A stretch of DNA of 64,000 nucleotides from the NCBI GenBank assembly GCA_905178155.1, contig CAJINV010000005.1, forward strand, positions 6,936,580 to 7,000,579. The letters are read 5' to 3'. The notes under the pieces were generated by a model, which searched no databases, had not been told where the DNA came from, and worked only from the letters and a program-made list of their open reading frames with translations. Shown piece after piece: positions 1 through 11,800 of the stretch. The translations under genes were made by a program, and so were the position numbers. This stretch comes from Amoebophrya sp. A120 (taxonomy: Eukaryota > Protista > Dinoflagellata). Positions within the stretch are counted from its first letter, which is position 1; each line of letters starts with the position of its first letter.

Positions 1-3000
1 CAACACCGACCACCGTGGATTTGGTTACCCTGAACGGCGACTTGATTGGCGGGTCGCTACTGTTTATGCACTGCAAAAGTATCGTACTCGTAGTAATTGC
101 ATTTATGCATAATTACAAGTCTCTTTCTCAAGGTAAATCAGCATGTCAAATTTAATTTGTAATGCTGAGCCAATTTGTAATGCAATCCAAACTAGTACGA
201 TACTTTTGCACTTCATACTGTTCAACCTGGACAAGGGGAGATCAATCATCGACGTTTGCAATCATCTGCAAGTGGACTACATGTGCCTCGGCAACCACGA
301 ATTCGACCACGGGTTGAAGGAGTTGGAAAACCGGGTGCTAGAATTCCAAGGGAAAGCGTGGTTGAACACGAACGTGCGGTGTAGCTCACCGGTATCCACC
401 ACTGTAAATTTCCCGTACACGTACAAATGCGGTCTCGGCATGACAAAACTTGGCCTCGATCCTAGTTTAGCATGACAAGTTTTACCCTCCAAATTGGTGA
501 AGTTTGTGATGCATCCTTACCCTCCAAATTGGTGAAGTGTTTGGGTGTGGTACGGGAAATTTGTATTGCATAGCCGGACGGAGAAAAAGGAGCGGTTTTG
601 AACAGCATGCCGAGATACGACATTTTGGAAGTGGATGTACCACAGCCAGGACCTTCTACTTCTAGCAATCATGGCACCACTGCTGCAAAGAAATTTCGCA
701 TCGGCCTGGTTGGCGTCTGCACGGCGGAATCCCCGAGTCTCTCCCTGCAGGACCCAACGAAGGAGGGGGTGGAATTTTTAGACCCCTTTGTGGAAACGCG
801 AAAGATCCTCGACGGCGTTTTTTTCTGCAACCATCCGAGTAAGAAGCAGGTCGACGCTATGGGTGTGTGGTCAGGATCGAAATCGTCAAAGTTGAAATAA
901 TTTGTAATGCAGAAATTGCAAGGCATGACGCGCCTGTCTTGCCGGGATGGCAAGTGAGGCCGATTGTGAGCCTGTTTAGGGTTTGAAATAGAGCTGCTAA
1001 AGTAGCATGACAAATTGGAAGATTCCGGTGCTCGGAAAATTTGTCATGCGCCGCTTGATAACTGGGTCGCCGATTGGCAACCATTTTATGCATGGCAAAT
1101 CGTTTGAACTTTGACGATTTCAATCCTGACGCATCCATAGACGCCGTTATTGCCATCACGCACCAAAGCAACGCGGACGACGAGAAGTTTCTAAAAGAGT
1201 TTCCAGAAATCAGCTGCGTCCTGGGCGGCCACGACCACATTCCGTGGCGGGTGTTTTGTGATGGTGGTGCAACTCCTGATAACGCCACCAGCAAGCGAAT
1301 CGCGGTGAAGGCGGGATTGGACTGCGAGGCCGTGGACATTGTGGAGTTTGAGTTTGGTTCCACCGGCTTGAATTTTTCCGGCCACACCTTCGTCTCACTC
1401 GTCGGGCCGGCTGCGGAAAATCTCCTCGATCCGGAAACGGGTGCGGTTCTGCGCCCGAAGTATTTTGACGACCCAGAGTTGCTGGAGAAAATCAAACAGC
1501 ACAAGAAAATCCTCTCTCTGAACGACTTCGCGATTCTGGATTGGCGCGATTACGATACCCTTTTGACCGAGGTGAACACTGCCGCGAAACACGAATCCGA
1601 TCCCTGGACGACCAAAAACATCCGCTCCAAACAGTGCAATTTCTACCATTTGATTGCGAAGTGGTGCAAGGAGGAACTTTGCGGACACTACCGAAACGAT
1701 ATGACAGTGCACAACTCGACGTCCCCCCGCTCATTTGTCATGCAAAAACCCAAATCCATTACCAGTTGCTAGTACCAGTACCTTGTGGCACCGCGTGCAT
1801 GACAAATTCCGGAAATCCAAACAGTACTACACTTTGCGCATGAACTTGTCATGCACAGGGTCCTCCTGTGCTGTTGTTCTTGTTTGTAATGGTGTTGATG
1901 CCATACATTACAAATGAGGGGGAAGGGCAGTTGAAGTTGTGCACTTTCATAAACGAGGCGGACGAAACCGGGAAACTGGCCTGGAGTAACTCCATCATGA
2001 TTGTCAACAGTGGGCAGTTTCGGGCCAACGTGAATTACGACTACAGCGAGAAGCTGAGTTTTATAGAATGCAAAAGCATCGTACTAGTAGAAATCGCATG
2101 ACAAATTCCCTGAGCATGAAAAATTGAATTTGTAATGCGGATTTATGTCAAGAAGGAGATTTGTAATGCGTGACTGCGATTACTACGACTACGATACTTC
2201 TGCAGTGGATAAGTTTTACGGATCTGCAGAAGGAGCTCGCGTTTAACAACAGACTAATGAAGCTCCGGATCGTCGGGAGGGATGTCGCTGCTTTACTGCA
2301 AGAATCGGAGGCGACCCGGAAGGGGCAGGGCGGGTATTTGCAGTATGACCCACGGAGCGTGGAGGTAGAAGTCACCGAAGAAGTGGGTGATGCGCCTGCG
2401 CTTACCATCAAATCGATCAACAACATTCCGTATCAAATGCAAATATGTCTGGGTCTGGAGGAATGCAAGTTTGTCATGCTTATCTGGCATGACTCGAGAA
2501 TCTGTGTTGCATAGGCACGCAAGAGCCCTCTTAACTGTCATGCGAAAAGGCAGTTTTCCATGCGGAATACATAAGACATGGCAGCCACAAAATTTGTCAT
2601 GCATAGCTGCGTATTGCGGCGCGGTTATCATTCACTTTTAGCATTTTTAACCCAGACATACTTGCAATTCATATTCCGTTCAGTCCAGACACGGAATACA
2701 CGGTCATTTTAGTCGTGAAAATGCTGCAGGGCATGGATAACTGGGAGATTCTGAAGCGGTATGGGTTGAAAATTGAAGAAGAGTTGAAACTGCCACTGAA
2801 CAGCATTCTGGACTCCGCCCCGGGCATGTTGGACTTGTGCCTGAACCACCTGCTAAAGGAGAAGTGGCGTCAATTGGTGAAACTGTTCGAGTCGACGGCG
2901 AATTACATGCCGAGTTTGACGAAAAGCTTGGCTATGGCGAAAGTGGAAATGCGAGACGAGGAAGCGACAGAAGGACGAGGCACAGCAACAACTACCAAAG

Positions 3001-4116
3001 ACCTACCAACTGCAAACATGTCTGGGTCCTCTGGATGAGTGCAGATGCCACCCAGAGCGTCTCTCTGGCATACAGGGGCCAGTAATATCACAGGTCGTTC
3101 TTCGAGAGCTTCGTTCACGAGAATGCCTAGTACTCTGCATGAGATGACATTTGCTCTCACCATGGCCAAAAGGAAACAACTTTTGATGTACTTAAGTTTG
3201 TGCAAGATCACAGATTTTTGTGATTTCGTGATGTGGAACTGGAATGCGCATGAGCACATGATGTTGCAACCTTCGCCTTCCAGGAGACCCTGAAGACATA
3301 TTTGCAATGCATAAGACATCACGTTCGACGATTTGCGCAAGGTGGCGTCGCAGTACGCGGCGGAGCGGCGGAAGTTGATGGGAGGACAGATGATGAACCA
3401 CACGGGAACAAACGAGGACGAAGATGATATCCTGTGTGAAAACATCCCCACCCCATAGTCAAGTTGTTGGAATCTCTGCAACACAGATCCAGGAGTTCTG
3501 GGAGCCACGCATGACACGTTGCACTCCGTAGTGTAGTGCAGGCTAGCGAGGACAGCCGCATCACAAAGTATCCGTCTGCTCATCCTGTTTACAGTATTAC
3601 AAATACCAAAACACGACTAAAAATGCCCATCATGGGGATGCGCATCACAAATGTTCCTGTCGTTGCAGATCTGCATGACAACTCTGGGGTGATCGGGACG
3701 TTGTTGCACAGGATAGATGACGAAGAGGAAACGCTTCTCCTCCGGATGATGTTCGTATGACAGTGCACAACTCACCCTCGTCCCCCTGGCCGTCATTTGT
3801 ATAGCATGAACGGCAATACAACCATCTCCATCAGCAAGAATGCCGGTTCTGCATGGCAAATGATTTGCGCTGGAGTGTCGTGCTATTATTTGGACTACCA
3901 GAACTTATCATGAAAACAGTGCCAAGAGGCAAAGGGTGGACTCGGTATTTTGCAAGACAAATGAGGGGCGGGAGGGGGGGGGGTGGTGCACTGTCATAAT
4001 TCGACCTGTTAGACGTGAATAAGGACGGGGTCGTGGACCAGAAGGAGCTGGAGCAGTTGTGCAGCAGTCCGAAGCAGAGCCAACACCGGGGAACGGTGGT
4101 GGTGCATCATTCTTGA
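1..4116 (+). CDS. 5'-nucleotidase/apyrase-like calcineurin-type metallophosphoesterase with C-terminal EF-hand (5' partial; 9 introner introns)
   Basis: Removing 9 elements plus one TSD copy each gives a continuous frame with NGDLIGGS, LGNHEFDHG, WLNTN, VDAVIAITH, VLGGHDH, NSGQFRA, FTDLQKELAFNN and FDLLDVNKDGVVDQKEL; TGA at 4114-4116. Confidence 0.85.
65..217. mobile_element. Introner family A (TIR core GCAAAAGTATCGTACT)
   Basis: TAT..ATA; TSD CTGTT/CTGTT. Confidence 0.85.
393..572. mobile_element. Introner family B (TIR core AAATTTCCCGTAC)
   Basis: TAT..ATA; TSD ACCGG/GCCGG. Confidence 0.85.
858..1139. mobile_element. Introner family C (TIR core GTCAGGATCGAAATCGNCAAAGTT)
   Basis: TAT..ATA; TSD GACGC/GACGC. 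Confidence 0.85.
1700..1951. mobile_element. Introner family D (TIR TATGANAGTGCACAA)
   Basis: TSD AACGA/AACGA. Confidence 0.85.
2062..2211. mobile_element. Introner family A
   Basis: TSD AGTTT/AGTTT. Confidence 0.85.
2431..2673. mobile_element. Introner family E (TIR core TGTCTGGGTCTGGAA)
   Basis: TSD TTCCG/TTCCG. Confidence 0.85.
3004..3313. mobile_element. Introner family E (diverged)
   Basis: TAC..ATA; TSD AGACC/AGACA. Confidence 0.75.
3428..3715. mobile_element. Introner family F (TIR core GAAAA..CCCCA)
   Basis: TSD GATGA/GATGA. Confidence 0.85.
3756..3998. mobile_element. Introner family D
   Basis: TSD GTTCG/ATTCG. Confidence 0.85.
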
Positions 4117-5049
4117 GGACGGGTTCTTGTCTGATATCTTGTGCTTCTGGAGATTCGTACTGCTGGTCTGCGTTGAAGCCATTTTCCTTTTACAAATAGA
4201 AGTACTTACCACAGAAGTTTTTACAACTTACTACACCTCCACTTTCTCCCCAATTAGAACCTAGTGCGCTCAAAGTAACTGAGCCCGTTCATCTTGGGTC
4301 ATTTATCGTTTTCCTTTATTCTTGATCTTGACAGACAGGAGGACGAGAGTAGACTTCATACCTTGTTGTGTTGCTTCACCGACCGAGTTGTAGCGAGCTA
4401 TTTTTTTCTTGTCGTACTAAAATGTTGGCATTGTGGACCACGAAGAGCAAAACGAGCTGCAAGTTTGATTACAAATGAAAATGAACACCAACTGAGGAGC
4501 TGGTATCCGCGGAGGTTAAAAATACAACTTCACCTGGAACTACCTTCGGCGGAAAATTCGAATTTGTTTACCATCCGAAAGAACTTTCTGGAGGAGATCG
4601 TGAAAGGACCACCTGTTGTTTTAGTTTCATTCTTCACGTCGTGCAACGGCCTTGGGTCTACTCGACGAGCATTTCCAAACGTGCAAAAAATGCGTCGTCA
4701 ACTTCTAGTGGAGTCATCTTCTTGGGGAACAATGTGAGTAAATGTTTAGACCGATGAGCGACCACGCGGGTGACGCAGAGGGATCCAGTGAAACTGTATG
4801 TCTCTTGTCCAAGTTACAGAAATCTATTCCTCGGCCTGAGTTTTTCCTTGAGCGAGAACACGCAGGTGATGTGCTGTCAAGATGCACATAGAGATTAGAT
4901 AACAGCTTCGCAAAAGTAGAGTAGAGCAGTTGCGATTGTCTTTCATGTCTCTCTTGTTCAAAAATAGCGAGTTTCATGTTGGCTTGAGCAAGCACAACAT
5001 TCATTAGAAGTGAAGTCATCTACACAGCAAGTCCTCTATCTTCACGAAG

Positions 5050-6004
5050 ATGGGCGAACTCTCCGAAGAGCAGTACAAGATGTGCTGCGACGCTTTCGCG
5101 GCCTTTTCCAGCCAGGAAGGTCTGCTGACCCCCTTCGAGTTGAATAATTGCATGCGCTCGCTCGGACACGTATGCATTGTAAATTTCGACCCGTACATGT
5201 ACTTACAAAATGCATGACAAAGAAATATCGCTAATTTCAGTGTACAACTTGTCATGCTAGACTAGGATTGAAGGCAAGTTTTGTGATGCAGAGACTGCAT
5301 TTGTACCTGTGCGGGAAATTTACAACTGTGGATAACACGCCCCGGGATCCGAGGAATTCGCAAAAATTCTGGAAGAACACGACTTATACTCGAAGGGAGG
5401 GGTATAGGATTTTGGGTTGACGTCGAGCTCAAGCACCATGTTGTAATATTCGCATGACAGTATGACTGGTGAAGATTCACACGCATTTATGACAATAAAG
5501 ACATAAGTTGTACTTAGCAAATACTAAATGTAAATCAGGTGTCACTCCAAGGCTTCCTCTACATCATCGCCCAGAGAGAGGCGTCAACAACGTTGAAAAC
5601 GGGGCTACTCGACGTGTTTAGCAAATTTGACCGAGACCAGAACGGATTTGTAGACGCGGAAGAAATCAAGGAGGCGATGATGACGCTGGGCGAAGAGCCG
5701 TTTACAGAAGACGAGTGGGTGAAACTGCTGGAGGAGTACGAGATGCCGCCCGACAATCTATCCTGTGCAAATAAAGCATCGTACTCGTACGAATCGCAGG
5801 CATGCTACACAAATTTCTTTTTCAAGCTATTCAATCTATCAGCATGGCGTATTCCATTTGTCAGCCATTTGTAGCCACGCTGAACCAAAAATTTGTATTG
5901 CAAGATTACGAGGACGAGGAGTGCGATACTTTTGCCGTTCATAAAAGCAAATCGACTACCATCAACTCGTCGAGATTATGACTCGGAAGCACGACCAGCC
6001 GTGA
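5050..6004 (+). CDS. Calmodulin-like EF-hand protein (~152 aa)
   Basis: Exons 5050-5170, 5340-5401, 5539-5758, 5949-6004 total 459 nt: MGELSEEQ..MRSLGHAP..FSKFDRDQNGFVDAEEIKEAMMTLGE..IDYHQLVEIM. Two introners and one GT-AG intron (5402-5538). Confidence 0.85.
5171..5334. mobile_element. Introner family B (opposite orientation to 393-572)
   Basis: TSD ACACG/ACACG. Confidence 0.85.
5759..5943. mobile_element. Introner family A (diverged)
   Basis: TSD CAATC/AAAGC; removal restores EF-hand spacing. Confidence 0.75.
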
Positions 6005-6319
6005 GAGGGGTTCTCGACAACTGGTCTGAGATGTTGTTAGCACTACACTGCCTACGAAGATATCAGACAGTGTTTTTTTGACAAGTAAAAGTCAGCAAGT
6101 TTATTTGGAACAATCGCAGCGACCTGCTGTTCCTGCGCGCTATCAGAATGGTTGTGTAAGTTGTGAAGTGAAAAGTTGTCAAAAGCGCGGCCTTTGTCGT
6201 ATTAAAACGACGCGGTCAGCACAAAAATCGAATTGTGTTGAATGTTACGTGGCAGGGAGTTCTCACCAGTGACTCCTAGTGGTTGACGGTGGTCCTGTCG
6301 CCCGCCACTGTCGTGAAAC

Positions 6320-7694
6320 AGCCCCGTTGTGTATACTGTTGTTCAGGAAAATTTTTGTTTTGTGCTGGCCTTCTTTGTGTTGGCCCTGGTTTCCCGCGTT
6401 TTTTTCGCACGACATCCCCGGGTCAAATGTGCACGAGAGGGCGTTGGCCCTCAAAATAAAAGCGCCGGGCGCGCCGCGGCCTTTTGGGTAGCCTAGGTAG
6501 CGAAGAGAATGAACGGCCGACGGCCTCCCATCAATCAGAACCCCGGCCCGGGCCCGGAGTAGATGCAGCCGGCGCGCAAAATAGAGAGGCCACTCTCATG
6601 GGCGTGCGTGCTTGCGAAACAAAGACAACCGCCATAATTTTGCGCGCGGCCCCGGCGTGTCTCGCGGGCGCCCCTTGGGGCGGGGCCGGCTTGGGGTGCG
6701 TGGTCCGCGGAAAAGTTGTGCTTCCTCCCTAAGCCACAACTTTTCCCGGAGTCCGGTCGTGTTTGAGGGTAAAAAGAAGCTGCACAACGCCCAAGGGGGG
6801 CAGAAAAAGACAGCCACAGGTCGTGCGTAACCTAATGCAGCATGGTATGGCTGCGAGGAAAATTCGCACGCAGCGATACCATGCAGCATAACCTCACGCC
6901 CGATGCTACCGGGAGTGCGAATATTGCTGCTTGGGGATAGCATCGCGCAAAAGGTTACGCCCGACGGTGTGCAGCGGCTGTGGCAGCCGCTTTTGGCGAA
7001 CGGGGGGATTTGTAATGCGGAGAAGCGCCCGGGTTGCGGAGAACCCGAGGGTCCGGGCTTTCCCCTTTTCCCATTTTACCCACAACCCGAACCCCGAGCT
7101 CTGGGGAGCCCCGCACTCCGCATGTGTAATGCGGAGAGCCCGACCTTTCCGCCCATTGCATTTGTAATGCGGAGAGCCCGGCCTTTGAAAGGTCGGGCTC
7201 TCCGCATTACAAACGCAATGGCTATGGGCACCTTTCCGCACTTGTAATGCGGAAAGGCCACCTTTCCGCATTTGTAATGCGGAGAACCGGAGGCGCGGTC
7301 TTTCACTTTCTCCAACCGGAGGAAGCGGAGTTTGCGAATTTGTGGCGCGGCTTTTCTCCGGCGGGGAGAAAAGCTGCATCTGCATCCGGCTGGTTTTCCA
7401 ATTTTGTAATGCAGTTTTTCTCCACCCGACCGCTCGAGCGGAGAAAAACCGCGCGCAAAACAAGTAGCTTTGCGCGCGAAAAAACGGGCACAAGCCCTAT
7501 GAAAAGCGCAGCTTCTACCCCGTCCGGAGCGGGAAAAGTTGTAAGCGGGTGGAGCCCCATTTGCTTCCTCATTCTCGTAGGTCGCTAGTTTCATTCTCGT
7601 GGCACTATATGCTCTTTCTGGGGTCAAATTGTATTTTGTCCGTTCATAGCCCCGTTGTGTATCTATACTGTTGTTCAGGAAAATTTTTGTTTTG
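6320..7694. mobile_element. GC-rich ~1.3-kb segment bracketed by a ~43-bp direct repeat
   Basis: AGCCCCGTTGTGTAT(CTAT)ACTGTTGTTCAGGAAAATTTTTGTTTTG at 6320-6362 and 7648-7694; internal array of TGTAATGCGG and a palindrome at 7161-7213. Confidence 0.5.
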
Positions 7695-8892
7695 GATATT
7701 AGAGAGATGCGACAGCTATACGCAGATGAAAGTCGAGGCGAATTCGAACACTTGAACCTCCGCAAGTAGATCCAGCACTCCTGCTGTACGCGCAAAAACT
7801 TCATCTTTTGCAGCGACAGGAGAAGAAGCACTAAAAGTTTTTCTCAAGATCACTGCCGAGAAAGTCTTTTAACTTTCTCCATCTGCTGATGTTCATAGTA
7901 CACCCGCATCAGCGCCGGTAGCAGCAGCGTTGGTTTTTTTTCTGCATCGCGTTTTTATGTTGCGGCATAGTTCTTGCTGATAATTTTTGCACCTCGCAGG
8001 TACTTCTACTCACAGTGAGATAAACGAACCGGAAATTTCAAATGGCAATTGAATTGACAAAAAAAACGTAGAAACGACGTGAGGATAGGCATTGTTTCGT
8101 AAATGTCACTTAGTTAAAAACCGGAGCCGTTTGAAAAATACCAAATATGATAGTGTCAGAATAGTACTACTGTATTGAAATAGAGCATCAAGTTGGACTT
8201 CGACTTACCAGCTAGTACGTATAATCTCGTGAATTTTTGACGACAATAAACTCTACTTCTATCTCAGCTTCATTAAGCTTGTTTATCCCTTCTGCAGTAT
8301 TTTTGCGAAAATCGAAACGAAAAGAAATTGAAATCACACATAAAAAAATGTCAACGCCTTGCTTCTACATGTTCTTTCTCCAACAAATGAGATACAAGAA
8401 AGGCGGACCAAGAAGTTCCTTTATCGGCGACTTTTTAAGGTTTTAGCAATATTATTTTACGATATTTTTTTAAGGTTTTATTTTGCGATAATTTTTTTAC
8501 GATTTTTTAAAAGCTACTTGATTTAAGTAATGAATTCCGCTCCGTATGGTAAATATACTGCGACAACCAAAATCGATGTGGTACTACGCACTGCAAGCCG
8601 GTTGACGACTCTCACACCCTTCCTGTGAAGGTTTTTCCGAGGAACCAACTTGGCGCGGCTCGCACGAGTAAAAATCGAATAAGACGAACGAACTCCAGCC
8701 AGGAGGTTGTATAGCTGGAGAAGCTGTATCACCAGCGTCCGTCGGGCGAGGCGGCTGGTGTGCAACTACGCATCAAGTACAGCGTGAAGTGGAGTTAGGA
8801 ATAAATTATCCAAACACTATATTAAACGCGGACGAAGAACCGCGACCTAAGCAGAACCGTAGAGCCGACCTTCCTGGAGGTGGAAGTGGAGA

Positions 8893-11800
8893 ATGGGACT
8901 ACTTCTGCTACACCGACATAACAACGCGACGAGGCGAAGTAGTTGTAAAACCAAAGAGATTTCTTGTCTCCATCAGCAATGTTTTCAACTTCAAAACACA
9001 AAGAGACCCTGCTCCTGGACAAGGACCACGAGATCAACATACTCAATAATTTTTTCTTTCGCATTTTTAAAACGAAAACTAAGCAGTCGCAGTCGTCCAC
9101 CACCAGGCTTGTTCTGTCACTTCGGAACACCAAGACGTGGGATAGTTCTTCTTTGTGTAGTCCTAGTACCTTTCCTACAACTTCTTATTTCTGTTACCGG
9201 TCTCAGAGCTGCTGCTCCATCATCTCCATCTTCCAGCAAGAAAGGACATCATCAGCGTCGACCAGGCCAGGACTTTCCTCCAGGGAACAAACACCAAGGG
9301 AACCACGACCGTGCTGAAGGTTCGTCTTCTTCCGCTGGGGCATATAGAAGTAATTCCCAGCGCCAACCACTGAATCTTCAATCTGGGGTAGTTCATCTAG
9401 AACCTCCTGGTGGACCACACGCACACAATGACGTGCAAATTGTCCAGCGCCAAGTGCTGGAAATGGCGCAGCACAGGGATCATGTTGACGAATCGGGTAA
9501 AAAAACGGCAGGAGAGCATCTGCATCACCGTGGCGGTGATATTTTTGGTGCAAGATCCCCGTCCAATATTCTCGATGATGATGCTCAAAACCACGACGAC
9601 ACCACCAGAGAAGATGAAATAGCAACACACGATCGAGTTTACGCGCAACAAGAGCAGCTGCGCCACCATGTCGAGCCCCTCGACATTCAAATCACGTGGG
9701 AAACGCGGTCGCACGCGAAGTTTTGCTTCATCTACACTGCGAAGCTGAAAATCAAAAAAGAAAAGAAGCGAGGAGCCCGGAAGCGGAAGCGGACCATTAT
9801 GCCCTTGGGGGAAGAGGAGGAGGGGGATCAAGATCAGGACATGACTTCTTCTGGGAATAATTATTTCGGAGGGCTACCACGACAGGAGGATGCTTTCGCG
9901 GACCACATTGCCGCTGACCAGGAACTCGCGGCGCAGTACGAAGCATTGGAAACCGATTTGCAAAAAGACCTCGAGATGCTTAACGTGATGCAAAAATCTA
10001 GGGCGGAAGCAAGAAAGAATAGATACGGAAGACACGACAATCACCAAGATCCTCAGAAGTATAAGGGGCAACAACAGCATCAACAAGCAGCCGCGAGCAG
10101 CAGCGCAGCAGATGGGTCGGTGCACCGCGGGATTCTTCGGGGAGGAGCGTCCTCTAGTAGTACTTCGCAGCACCCGCTGCAGGTGGATCCTGTACTCAGC
10201 GAAGAGCAGTTCCACCAAAGAGCTTTAGAGCTCCACGAGCGGATTGCGCAGAAGAAGCTGCAGCTTGAAAAGTTCTTGCACAGGGATCATCAGGCATCTT
10301 CATCTTCTGCCGATCTTCAACAGGTTGTTGATCAACATCGATCAGCTGCAAGGAGCAACAGCAAAACTTCGGGGGGTCATCACCAGCATCATCAAACCCA
10401 CCACCACCCGACCGAGCAAGTGACCGTGTGTCAGCAGTACCGGCGAGTTCGGCAATACTCGACCCGCACCCATGGGGAAGTCTTTCCCTCCCCTGGACAG
10501 CGACTATCACAAGAAAAGAGGGTTACAGTTACACCTTTGTTGTAACTTCAGCAACACAAATTTTCTCTGTGTGGCAGAGAAAACTTGCAATGCAGAAATC
10601 CTAAGGGAAAACACGTACGAAATGAAGTTCGAAAGCATTTCTTGCATGACAAAGGTTGTCTGTCTTGCGGCTCTTACGACACAACCTGTATACTGTAAAC
10701 ATTTTTTTCTCACGATAGCGACGGAAGAAGGTCCACTACCCGCGGAAGCCGGACATATGAGAGTGCACAAGAGCCCCCCCCTGCCCCTCTTTTGTCATGC
10801 AAAACTCTGAGAAATCCAAGCGCTGCGCTGTGGCACTGTTTGCATGACAGATTCCGGAAGTGGCCCAGACAATATACTACAATAGGCGCATGAACTTGCC
10901 ATGCAAAAGCGCGACGTGTGCTGGTGTTTGTATTGCTATTCATGCCAACATATTACAAATGAGGGAGAGGGGAAGTAAGTTGTGCACTTTCATAGGACCT
11001 GAAGACGGTCCACAACGAGATGAAGAGCAAGGCGCAGATCACCGTTGACAAGGCCCTGGCGCCCACCCTGCCCGGCGCGCGCGAAAATGCGGGGTTCGGG
11101 TGCGCGATTGAGATGCTGGAAAGGCGAGAGAAATGGCGCAGCAAGTGGCTGGATGCGTGCGGCTTCAGCGATTACGATCCGAATGTGATGTATGGGAGTG
11201 TCAGGATCGAAATCGACAAAGTTGAAATAACTTGTAATGCATAAAATGCATGACGCGAAATACGTGCGTTGCAGAGCAGGCAAGTGAGGCCGATGGTAAG
11301 CCTGTTTGGGGTCAGAGCTCGAGCTGCCAAAGCAGCATGAGAGAATCAGTCTTCTTTGCCTAAACAGCATTACAAACTGGATTTAGGCACCTCCAAGATT
11401 TGTCATGCGTCACTTGGAAACTGGGTTCCAACTGGCATCCATTTTATGCATGACAAATCATTTCAACTTTGTCCATCTCGATCCTGACAGTTGCATATGA
11501 TGCTCAAGAAGGTGTTGCACATGCACGACACGCAAGAGGAACAGGACTTCGATGATGATACGTACTTTCTGTTCACGCAAGAGGGAAGCTCCGCGATGAA
11601 CCGGGAGTTTTTTGAGTTGAACCACCGGAACCGGCTATCCTATGGAAAAACGTCCCCACACCATAGTCAAGATGGGAAATCTGCAACACAAATCCCCAAG
11701 TTTTGGGAGTTCTGCATGACAAGTTTCCATCTGCATTGTAGTGCGGACTGGCAAGGAAAGCCGCATGACAAAGCCATTTTCTGATCCTGTTTGCAGCATT

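Noticed and set aside
392-573. Canonical G|TAT...ATA|G splicing leaving a 3-nt in-frame insertion as the general mechanism
   Set aside because: Possible at a few sites, but most TSDs lack the needed Gs, and an extra codon would break invariant motifs (DLSQYP, FGRVP, NHNGD).
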